A stretch of 63,565 nt of DNA, counting the filler, from Octopus bimaculoides (taxonomy: Eukaryota): assembly GCF_001194135.2 (NCBI RefSeq). It is 6 parts of 5 records of this genome, joined end to end, with 100 filler letters (N's around TTAATTAATTAA, not from the genome) between each part and the next. Parts side by side here need not be neighbours in the genome. Positions count along the whole stretch, not along the records: positions 45,491 to 53,370 come from NW_026377118.1; positions 53,471 to 59,973 come from NC_068983.1; positions 60,074 to 63,565 come from NW_026426320.1; 3 more parts are not named here. The stretch is one strand, 5' to 3'. Position 1 is the first letter of the stretch, and each line of letters begins with the position of its first letter. Shown piece after piece: positions 52,935 to 63,565 of the stretch. Position numbers and translations under genes: made by a program. The notes below the pieces were generated by a model. That model searched no databases, was not told the DNA's origin, and saw only the letters and a program-made list of their open reading frames with translations.

Positions 52935-53157
52935 TCACCCGTCCCTACGTCCTAAGTTCAAATCTCACCGAAGTCGACTTCGGTCAATAAATATTAAGTA
53001 CCAGTCAAGCACTGGGGTCGATCTGATCGACTACCTCCGCCCCTCAAATTCCAGGCTTTGTACATATAGTAGAGGTGAAACACGGGTCAATGTAATCACT
53101 AGTCCCCTCCCCGAAAATTTCAGGCCTTGTGCCTTTAGTAGAAAGGATTATTATTAC

Positions 53158-53231
<74 letters not shown>

Positions 53232-53280
53232 GTAGTAGTAGTAGTAGTAGTAGTATTGTTGTTGTTGTTGTTGCTGTTGT
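52935..53280 (+). mobile_element. SINE family B2 with duplicated tail, followed by (ATT)n(AGT)n(GTT)n
   Basis: GTTCAAATC B-box, AAGTACCAG...GGGGTCGATC, two tail modules, then AGAAAGGATTATT... Confidence 0.8.
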
Positions 53281-53470
53281 TAATTATTTAATTATTAGTT
53301 GTATACGAATTTATATTAATTCTGTGTTATCAATTTTCAATGTGCTAAAACTATATTGTCCTTAAACGTCNNNNNNNNNNNNNNNNNNNNNNNNNNNNNN
53401 NNNNNNNNNNNNNNTTAATTAATTAANNNNNNNNNNNNNNNNNNNNNNNNNNNNNNNNNNNNNNNNNNNN

Positions 53471-53588
53471 GACTTTCCCTTTCATCCTTTCAGAGTCGAT
53501 TAAATAAGTACCAGTTACGCACTGAGGTCGATGTAATCGACTTAACCCCTTCCCCCAGATGTGAGGCCTTGTGCTTCCAGTAGAAAGG

Positions 53589-53657
<69 letters not shown>

Positions 53658-53700
53658 ATTATTATTTAATCAACACGTATGGTAAATATTATTATTATTT
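53471..53700 (+). mobile_element. SINE family B2 3' part followed by (ATT)n
   Basis: GACTTTCCCTTTCATCCTTTC...GGCCTTGTGCTTCCAGTAGAAAGGATTATTATT. Confidence 0.88.
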
Positions 53701-54035
53701 ATTTTCTTCGGAGCATTTGATGAGATTATGTATTGTCTTATCTGGAAAGCTACAATTGCAAGAGTCTTTGACAAAATAATAGGAAAAACCAAATGAAAGT
53801 AGTCCTACCAGAAGAAACTGATGTTGAAGGCTTTATGAATTTAGTAATGAAATTTCCTGGAATATTGATGTTTGTAATAAGATCAATTTTTTTCATAAAG
53901 TTAGGACTTAGTAAGGATAAAATTATCTGTTTTAAAACTTTAGACAATATTCAAAACACTAAAATACTGGAATTAGTATCAACTGTAATTCGTAAATCTA
54001 GTTCACGAAATAGTATCGTAAAATCTGTTCATATT

Positions 54036-54469
54036 CTTTTCTACTCTAGGCACAAGGCCCGAAATTTTTGGGTAGGAGGCCATTGGTTAGATCGACTCAG
54101 TATACAACTGGTACTTAATTTATCGACCCCAAAATGATGAAAAGCCAAGTCGACCTTGGCGGAATTTGAATTCAGAACGGAGCGATGGAGAAATACCACT
54201 AAACATTTCGCCCGGCGTGCTAACGTTTGTTATTTCTTTATTGCCCACAAGGGGCTAAACACAGAGGGGACAAACAAGGACAGACAAAGGGATTAAGTCG
54301 ATTACATCGACCCCAGAGCGTAACTGGTACTTGATTTATCGACCCCCGAAAGGATGAAAGGAAAAGTCGACCTCGGCGGAATTTGAACTCAGAACGTAAC
54401 GGCAGACGAAATACCGCTAAGCATTTCGCCCAGCGTGCTAACGTTTCTGCCAGTTCGCCGCCTTCGCGA
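54036..54469 (-). mobile_element. Dimeric SINE B1+B2 insertion with 11-bp TSD
   Basis: CTGTTCATATT at 54025-54035 and 54470-54480 flanks a full B1 followed by a head-truncated B2. Confidence 0.9.
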
Positions 54470-55329
54470 CTGTTCATATTGCACGAGGTTAAGACGCTCT
54501 CGTCTCTGCGCAGATTGTATGCAGGTTGAGTCACCAAACAACAAAAGAAGTTTTCTTGTATGAATAATAAACTTAATAACAAATTCACTAATTGGTAAAA
54601 TGGTGTTGGTTCCATGAAATAAACTCCGAGAAGAAAAGATTTAGTTAAGGAAGAATAAAATTATAAAATATGAAACTGAGTAAATTTACAGTATTGTTTG
54701 TCTTACTGATAGGCTTTGTTTCAAATAGAGACATTAATTTTTTTATTTTCCAAATATAACAGAATTTAGGATATGCTTGCTAACTATTTCTTACTCGGAT
54801 TTTGCGGGGTTGTTTAACCGGCATTTATAGTTACCGGAAATCTATAACTCTTAACATCAAGAGTAATATATTCTTTTCTACTATAAATAAATAAATTTGT
54901 CAATCCCACTTACATCGAATATTTTTTATCTATTACAATAAGTATAGATTACAAAAATGTTCGTTTTCAGAAACTGCATAATAAAATATCGGATTAAGCT
55001 CTTTGGCAGCTTGGCTGATTTGGGCAAGTTGATAGGAGGTCAAAAAACAAATAATAAATAGGTCAATAATTATATATAAAAAAAAAGAAACGTCCTTTGC
55101 ATGCAAGCAAGGCGGTCAAAAACGTATATAAAAAGTAAGTCTCTTTAAGTCTGGAAATATAAAATATTACAAATGTTACAAATACTGTAGGTCTATAAAA
55201 TAAAGTTTATAAATGAGTTTGGTTCAGCAGAAGGTGGGTTTTTAATGATTTTTTTAAAGTTTGACAGTGAAATTTTAGATTTCGTGGTAAAATATTATTC
55301 CATATGTTAATACTGTTATAAATAAAGCT

Positions 55330-55420
55330 TTTTGACACAAGACTCGAGATTTGGTACTTATTCTATCAACCACGAAGGAATAGTGGGCAAAGTCGACCTC
55401 GGCGGAATCTGAACTCAGAA
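55330..55420 (-). mobile_element. SINE family B fragment
   Basis: GGTACTTATTCTATC...CAAAGTCGACCTCGGCGGAATCTGAACTCAGAA. Confidence 0.8.
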
Positions 55421-56029
55421 TATAAAGATGTTTCAAGTGTAATATAGTGAGTCTTTCAAGAATGAAGGTTTTGTTAAGAACAAAAGTTGAATTTATTCGT
55501 TGTTACTTGATGTATGCCTTTGAAATACTGTTATTGTTTCTTTTGTGAATTAAAGTTATAAATAAAGGTTTTCTAAATTCAATTTCCTTTGAAAGAGACA
55601 TTTGTTTGCAGTTATGAAATTACACGGAGAAGAGATCCGGCTATTAATGAGAGAAAGGCTTTTAAAATACAACTAGTTATTTGAACTTGAAAATATTTTT
55701 ACAACAGGAATAGTTGCTCATTAAATATTTACTTTGTAACTATGTGACACCAATATGGATAATAACAGGTATTTTCAGAACTGTATAGGTCACTTCGTCT
55801 CCATTTTGTCTAAAATTTTAGAGATTCCTAGTTTTAATTTTTTTTAATTATTTCCGATGCACATTTTTTATGCACTTGCAATTATGCATTTCTTCATTAT
55901 ATATTCACTTATAAACACATATTTTTCACATAATTATATAGTTTTCGTATATTTTGGAAAGTCACTTCTCTTCCTTTCTAAACTTTAATTTTTCGAACAA
56001 CAAAATTCATTCCAACTCTCTGCGCTCTA

Positions 56030-56150
56030 AATTTAAGGCTCACCGAGATCAATTTTATCTTTCGTCTTTACAGGGCCGATAAAAAACACCAAACCAAGAC
56101 AGTAGATTGGCAGAACTGTGAGAACGTAGGACCAGATGCTTTTTGGTATT
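56030..56150 (+). mobile_element. Old SINE family B-related fragments
   Basis: CTCTAAATTTAAGGCTCACCGAGATCAATTTTATCTTTCGTCTTTACAGGGCCGATAAA. Confidence 0.55.
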
Positions 56151-56218
56151 AAGTAGCTCCTGATCTATAGAGGTTACGTTCCTTTCTCTTCCTCATTGGT
56201 CTCAGAGATTCTGAAAAG

Positions 56219-56485
56219 CAACGGTTCCCAACATTTTTTGCGCTACAGAACGGTTTCATGCAAGACAATTTTTCCAAGGACCAGAGGATATAAAACACAA
56301 AATGCATAATATATAATTTAATCATTACTTATATTGCAAATGTAACTATTAAATTGTATATTATGCTTTCAATTTCTACTATTATTACGTTATTATATAT
56401 ATATAACATGACTCAAAAATTTAAAATATATTGTCTGTGCGGCTCAGTACTAAATGATCCACGGCCCGTTCGTTGGGGGCCCTTG
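56219..56485. mobile_element. hAT/Charlie-type MITE
   Basis: Ends CAACGGTTCCCAAC and GTTGGGGGCCCTTG are imperfect inverted repeats. The 5' part CGGTTTCATGCAAGACAATTTTTCCA resembles MER1-like Charlie elements (recalled). TSD unclear. Confidence 0.6.
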
Positions 56486-58866
56486 TGTAAAGAGTTATAG
56501 TCATTGTCTTCTATCCCTGCACGACAAAAAGATTAAAAACATGTATTGGAAAGGAATAGATCTTATTTTGTGAGTTTGCTTTTGAATCAAATTGTTAAGT
56601 ATAATTGTTAGTTATGCATTGTCCTATTTTCTAATTTTGACGAATTTGTTGTACCATCAGTTACATTGTTGATTTTTAAAATATAGTAATTTTTCTTTAT
56701 AACAACCAAATTACTCCTATCGCTTTTTCACATTAATATTTTATCGTCGTTTTTTAGTTCTCGTAAAGTTACACTAAGATTTTTTCTAAGCAAGTTTTTG
56801 ATGTTGTGTTCATATCTCTATTGCTCTCACACATGAATAACTTACACAGTTTGTCGTTAATTTTTATTATTCTTCTTTCCCAAAGAGCCTCGAGAGACTG
56901 ATGCAGTATTTCGAGTTCATCTTAATTTGTTTTGGTCGTATTTTTTTCTTTTATGGTAAAAATTTGTGTCGAAATGAAGGAGTATAGTTTCAACTGGGCT
57001 GCTAGGTGTATAGTGAGTGGTTAAGAAAATTGTCTTCTCGCGTAGGCAATATTATTTTAGCAAATAAAGACTACTAACCTTTTGTACGTAGTTATTTTAA
57101 ATTCAACATGACAGTGGTGCCTGTGTGTTATCGCTAAATGAGAAAATGTTATTTAGTAAAAGTTTGCTGTGCATTGATTTTTCTCATGCCATATTTTTAT
57201 AGTTGAAGAATGAGTGTTTAGAGTTAATTCGGTAACATCTGGCTTTTCATGCTTGCGCACAAGGGTTTGGAAACAGTGCACCAATGTATATTCTAACAAA
57301 TCAAAACTGTTAGGTCGTGCCAACACAGCACTCTTTCAAAAACAGCTTGCTCCTACACAATAGCTAATTTCTCCAGGTCATGACAAAGAAGTCGCACCAC
57401 TACCCAAATACATTTGAAAATCAAACGATTCCGGAATAAGCACAAATAACACACTGCACCAGTAGAGAGAGTGCCGAAAAGTCTAAGCCGAAAAGAGAAA
57501 CATTACATCTTCTGTCAGCCACTTCAATCCTAACCAAATAATCCGAATGTATCTCAGTTTTCAGTCACACCCAAATTCCTAGCTAACCAACTTCAAGGCA
57601 GCTGATATGTTTAAATTTTCCCAATCTTTTGACTTTAAACTTTGAATTTCTATTGACACAATGTTTATAAACAAGGTTAATACTCAGGGAAATTTTAAGT
57701 ATTTATTATAGAATTTTAATAATATAATTGTAAAACCTCAACATAAATACAGAGTTAATTTCCCACCCCTCCTCCCCAAAAAAGAAAAGCAAAATGTTTT
57801 CCAAGACATACATAAGTAAAAGCAATCTTTTCGTAAATAAATCAAGGTTAGAGAAATAATGCAACACTTGTACCTTCTCTCAGACTGATGAATTTCTAAA
57901 AATCAGGAAATATTTAAATTATCACGTGACAGATGTTTAGAAAATCTTGCATTAAAATGTTATTGCACCACAGTTGCAATTTGGAATCAGATTTACAGAG
58001 ATTTCAACCATAGCATTGTTAGATTAGCTGACTAATTGTACTTCTACATTCAAGTAAGATTGGTTTTAATGTAGAAAAATAATAAAGAAATCATTAGCGG
58101 ATATTAAACTGCGTTACGATGAAGATATGATATTGAAAATCTATTTCAAATTGTAATGCTATTTAATTCTCTTCTTTCGATTGCTGAGCCAAGATTACCA
58201 AGTCAATTAATATTGTGAGGTTAAGATAATACAACTTGATAGAATATACAATTGTTTGAAAAGAGGTAAATAGCGGTGAGAAATAATAATATTATGCTAA
58301 AATGAAATAGCAAATTCGATAAGAATACTTCCCCAAAGCTGAGAGCTATTTTGAAATGAGTTTATTGGGATTAATAAGACGGTAGCTATACCAAGTCAAA
58401 TAAACCTTAAACTAGTATTCTTATATGATATAATAGATTGGAAGCTTGATTAAACTGATAGAATATATAAAAAATAGAAATTAAAAAAATGTACAGTTAG
58501 CAAAAATTCAGTGCAGCAGCCGATAGTTTAGACAAACCGAAATAAAATGGCGACTGAGATATTGCCGAATTAGAGGTCAAGAACAAAGCAACTGCAATTA
58601 AATCCAAGAGTGGGAGTATTATTTCTATTGCAAGTTCACATTTCATTTAGCGGCTCTCTATTAGAGTCCTAACTGAAATTATATAGAACGTAACAAAAAT
58701 TTCATATTGTTATTTATTTATGCTTTGAATTCTATTAAAGAATTGGACTTACATGGCAAGGCTAAAATCAATATCATGACTTATATTGTTTTCGACTTCT
58801 TTACTCTCTACAGCATAATGCTTCCGAGATTCTATCACATCTAATCAATATAATTCTTTATATGCG

Positions 58867-58925
<59 letters not shown>

Positions 58926-60241
58926 CAAGTCAGGTGGGATAATATAACCCAGACGTTTACCTAGGGAAACATTTCTATAAACAGCAGCGATCTGAAAATT
59001 GGAAAATTGGAAAGGGGGAAATCCTGTTATGAAACTACTGTTCCAACAATCAGACAATCCACCGATTACTTATTCTCCGTAGAGAATAAATAATAAACAT
59101 TGAAGACTGGAGTTATGCGATATCAGTTTTATTTTATAGTTTACAGTTGTTTCAACAATTCCATGTTCGTTTAATTCACGTTATGTTTATAAACATATCC
59201 GGAACTCTCTAGAAAAATAATATGAAAAAAATGTTTTGCTATTTTACTTAAATGTCAGTAATTACTCAACATTTATCGTGGGCAGTACTTAGAAATATAT
59301 ATGTGATAGGACAATAAAATTTATATATTGTAGTATCGCTCACAATAAACGTTGAGAAATGTCCTATATCTAAATGAAATAACGAAATCTTTTTTTTTAC
59401 TTTTTTTCATATTTTTGTGGAGAAAGATAAGTAATATAATTCAGTTTCGTATCTTATTTTGAATCATTTGTATTACATTCCTAATGAACATTATAAAAAA
59501 AAGTGTCACCAATTCTATTTCATATACATTTACTTTCCCAATATTTTTAAATAAGATTATAATATATTATAATATAATATACTCCAAGAGAAAATAGATA
59601 AGCTTATCTCTGTTTCGATAAATCTGTATATACCATAAACCATGTTAAATACGAACTAGTTCCCTTTAGTGTGGTGTTCTTGTGGTTCGTAGACACTTCA
59701 ACTAAAATACTAGGTTTTAACGCATGTTTTATCCCAAAATATAATTTTGTTAGTAAATTACTTATTTGATTATAATACATTTAAAAAAATGCACATGATG
59801 GCTTTATGATATAAATAAATAATACATACATACATACACACATACATACATACATGCATACATACATATATACATGCATACATACATGTATATATATATA
59901 ATATACATGCCAATCGCAGCCCACCTTACGGTAATAACAATCAACTTGTCATATATATATATATATATATATANNNNNNNNNNNNNNNNNNNNNNNNNNN
60001 NNNNNNNNNNNNNNNNNTTAATTAATTAANNNNNNNNNNNNNNNNNNNNNNNNNNNNNNNNNNNNNNNNNNNNTCATGGAAGTACTGACCAACATCGATA
60101 TCCTCTGGAAAAAGATGAGTTGTAATCATTATTCTCCTGCCTGTATTATTCTTTATTCTTTATTCTTCTATTTACTCTTTTAAACTTCTATTTTATTTCT
60201 TGTAAACTGAAAATTTTCCCTGTCTTGAACTTTCATATTTT

Positions 60242-60317
60242 GTCTCTGATGATGGCGTGCCCAATGCAGGGACATGTTAACCTACCACTTGGGTTATCTC
60301 AGAAACGGTTGTAAGAC
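60242..60317 (+). ncRNA. Type I hammerhead ribozyme motif, intact catalytic core
   Basis: GTCT-CTGATGA-TGG...(internal hairpins GTGCCC/GGGAC and TAACC/GGTTA)...TCA-GAAAC-GGTT-GTA-AGAC. Stem I, cleavage triplet and stem III layout are the same as at 35984-36032. Confidence 0.7.
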
Positions 60318-60463
60318 TTATCCTAATTAAATTTTTCTAAATGACTTCAGATATTTGTTCTGCCTTGGTTTCTGCTTTTTCTTCTAATATAATGTGTGTG
60401 TGTGTATGTGCGTGCGTGCATATTTAGATTGATAGATACATACATAGATATGTATGTATCTAT

Positions 60464-60698
60464 GAAGGCGGTGAGCTGGCAGAAATGTTAGCACACCGGG
60501 CGAAATGCTTAGCAGTATTTTGCCTGCCGTTACGTTCTGAGTTCAAATTCTGCTAAGGTCGACTTTGCTTTTCATCCTTTCAGGGTCAATAAATTAAGTA
60601 CCAGTTACGCACTGGGGTCGATGTAATCGACTTAATCCCCTTGTCTGTCCTTGTTTGTCCCCCCTGTGTTTAGCCCCTTGTGGGCAATAAAAAAATAA
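60464..60698 (+). mobile_element. SINE family B1, full monomer
   Basis: GAAGGCGGTGAGCTGGCAGAA head, GAGTTCAAATTC B-box, central CCTTTCAGGGTCAATAAATTAAGTACCAG domain, TTGTCTGTCCTTGTTTGTCCCC...GGCAATAAAAAAATAA tail. Confidence 0.92.
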
Positions 60699-60743
60699 GA
60701 TACATACATAGATACATATACATCCACACATGCATGAATACAG

Positions 60744-60955
60744 TACTCTTTTACTCTTTTACTTGTTTCAGTCATTTTACTGTGGCCATGCTGGAGCACT
60801 GCCTTTAGTCGAGCAAATTTACCCCAGGACTTATTCTTTGTAATCCTAGTACTTATTCTACCGGTCTCTTTTGCTGAATCGCTAAGTTACGGGGACATAA
60901 ACACACCACCATCGGTTGTCAAGCGATGTTGGGGGGAACAAACACAGACACACAA

Positions 60956-60994
<39 letters not shown>

Positions 60995-61165
60995 CATATA
61001 TACGACGGGCTTCTTTCAGTTTCCGTCTACCAAATCCACTCACAAAGCTTTGGTCGGCCCCAGGCTATAGTAGAAGACACATACCCAAGGTGCCACGCAG
61101 TGGGACTGAACCCAGAAATATGTGGCTGGTAAGGAAGCTACTTACCACACAGCCACTTCCACACC
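60744..61165 (-). mobile_element. SINE family A, full length
   Basis: Complete head to (TAAAAGAG)n tail; best copy in the window. Confidence 0.92.
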
Positions 61166-62841
61166 TAGTGGTACATATGTAGGTATACATCACACACAGA
61201 ATAACCAAACCAGATGCACAGACAGAGGGATACGCACATCACACTCAAGCACACATACATATATTCCCACACACACATATAGACTCACACATAAACACAC
61301 ACATACTCATTTACTTACATACACTCACATGAAAAAATATACATACATGCACAGTTACTTACATATATACACTCCGGGAGCAGAAAAAATATAACTTGAT
61401 ATGAAAACAAAAGCAAGCTATATTTAGAAAGTGAAACTGAAAGTATTATCCCACATGGGGATATCACATACAAGAAAATATGAGAGGTGTTGGTAATGGG
61501 ATGGTTGGATAACAGAGGAGTGGCGTATTGAAACAGAGGGGTGGGTGTATATTAATGATAGAGAGGTGCAAAGTTTGTGTTTATGATGCGCACCTGCTCC
61601 AAACAGGGTGTTTATAAATAGCTTGTTACTGATAGTTTTCTGTGTATGTGTGTTCGATGGATTGGAAGGGGTGGGTGTGGAGGTGGGTTCTCTAGACGGG
61701 GGTTCGTGTGTGGGGGTGTCGTGCGTTGGAGGCTGAATTTTTTTTGTCTTTGAGGTTTGCATGTTTGTTTTATTTTTTCATTTGAATGTGTTTTGTTTTG
61801 TTTTGTGTAAGGTGGTGGTGGTGAAGGGGCATATCTCATTGGAGGTGGGCATGTGATGTGTTTATATATATATATATATATATATNNNNNNNNNNNNNNN
61901 NNNNNNNNNNNNNNNNNNNNNNNNNNNNNNNNNNNNNNNNNNNNNNNNNNNNNNNNNNNNNNNNNNNNNNNNNNNNNNNNNNNNNNNNNNNNNNNNNNNN
62001 NNNNNNNNNNNNNNNNNNNNNNNNNNNNNNNNNNNNNNNNNNNNNNNNNNNNNNNNNNNNNNNNNNNNNNNNNNNNNNNNNNNNNNNNNNNNNNNNNNNN
62101 NNNNNNNNNNNNNNNNNNNNNNNNNNNNNNNNNNNNNNNNNNNNNNNNNNNNNNNNNNNNNNNNNNNNNNNNNNNNNNNNNNNNNNNNNNNNNNNNNNNN
62201 NNNNNNNNNNNNNNNNNNNNNNNNNNNNNNNNNNNNNNNNNNNNNNNNNNNNNNNNNNNNNNNNNNNNNNNNNNNNNNNNNNNNNNNNNNNNNNNNNNNN
62301 NNNNNNNNNNNNNNNNNNNNNNNNNNNNNNNNNNNNNNNNNNNNNNNNNNNNNNNNNNNNNNNNNNNNNNNNNNNNNNNNNNNNNNNNNNNNNNNNNNNN
62401 NNNNNNNNNNNNNNNNNNNNNNNNNNNNNNNNNNNNNNNNNNNNNNNNNNNNNNNNNNNNNNNNNNNNNNNNNNNNNNNNNNNNNNNNNNNNNNNNNNNN
62501 NNNNNNNNNNNNNNNNNNNNNNNNNNNNNNNNNNNNNNNNNNNNNNNNNNNNNNNNNNNNNNNNNNNNNNNNNNNNNNNNNNNNNNNNNNNNNNNNNNNN
62601 NNNNNNNNNNNNNNNNNNNNNNNNNNNNNNNNNNNNNNNNNNNNNNNNNNNNNNNNNNNNNNNNNNNNNNNNNNNNNNNNNNNNNNNNNNNNNNNNNNNN
62701 NNNNNNNNNNNNNNNNNNNNNNNNNNNNNNATATATATATATATATATATATTTGTGTGTATGTATATGTATGTGTGTATATATATATATATATGTGTGT
62801 GTGTGTATGTATATATATATATATATATATGTATGTCTGTG

Positions 62842-62872
<31 letters not shown>

Positions 62873-62877
62873 ATGTG

Positions 62878-62914
<37 letters not shown>

Positions 62915-62964
62915 ATGTGTGTGTGTGTATGTTTGTGTTTGTCCTCATTTGGCTAAAAATTCTT

Positions 62965-63012
62965 CAAGGCAGTGCCCCAGCTTGGCCACAGTTCAATGGC
63001 TGAAACAAGTGA
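62965..63012 (+). mobile_element. SINE family A 3'-terminal fragment (a similar solo fragment lies at 50494-50527)
   Basis: AAGGCAGTGCCCCAGCTTGGCCACAGTTCAATGGCTGAAACAAGT. Confidence 0.8.
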
Positions 63013-63029
63013 TATATATGTATTTTTGT

Positions 63030-63405
63030 TTTATCTTTTACTTGTTTCAGTCATTGGACTGTGACCATAAAGGGTTTTAGCCAAACAAATCAAACCCTTG
63101 ACATCTTTATTTTTTAAGCCTAGTATTTATTCCGTCTGCCACTTTTGCCGAACCACTAAATTACAGGGACATAAACACACCAACACCAGTTTTCAAGTGG
63201 TGATGGAGGGGACAAACACACACACAGACACAGACAGAGATTTATGCAATGGGCTTCTTTCAGTTTCTGTCTACCAAATCCACTCACAAGGCTTTGGTCA
63301 ACCCTAGGTCATAGTAGAAAACACTTGGCCAAGATGTCATGCAGTGGGATTGAATCCGGAACCATGTGGTTGGTAAGCAAGCTACTAACCACACATCTAT
63401 GCCTG
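63030..63405 (-). mobile_element. SINE family A, near full length
   Basis: Homologous to 60744-61165. Confidence 0.88.
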
Positions 63406-63565
63406 TATGTTTATATAAATATAAACATATATATATGTATATACATATACATATACATATATATATATATATATGTATATACATACATACATATACATAT
63501 ACATATATATATATATATATATATAGGAAAATGTAAAAAAGCCAGAATGCTGAACTGGGAGCATA

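Overview
AT-rich eukaryotic genomic DNA from a gapped short-read draft assembly (about 8 kb of N; five 100-bp N44-TTAATTAATTAA-N44 spacers). The SINE families look like those I recall from Octopus, so this is probably a coleoid cephalopod; that is an inference, not database-checked. No long intact ORF is present, and the ORF track is almost all microsatellite or N artefact. The window is mostly microsatellites, three tRNA-derived SINE families, and decayed LINEs and transposons (two R4/Dong-like RLE LINEs, Penelope-like RT and GIY-YIG remnants, CR1-like, RTE-like, mariner, Tigger-like, hAT MITE, and a transposase-like pseudogene). Two signals are not explained by the ORF track. (1) Minimal type I hammerhead-ribozyme motifs: one with an intact core at 60242-60317 (+), one with a single core change at 35984-36032 (-), a degenerate one near 50020, and a two-copy repeat that may carry a G3-C8 covariant core. 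(2) A probable large-intron gene on the minus strand: two in-frame micro-exons (42 and 45 nt) read LDNRNYIDRLLKGQ|FRTPYFARVCAAEIE, and several candidate ATG-bearing alternative 5' exons lie around them. The protein cannot be identified with confidence. No CRISPR array, rRNA or true tRNA gene is supported.
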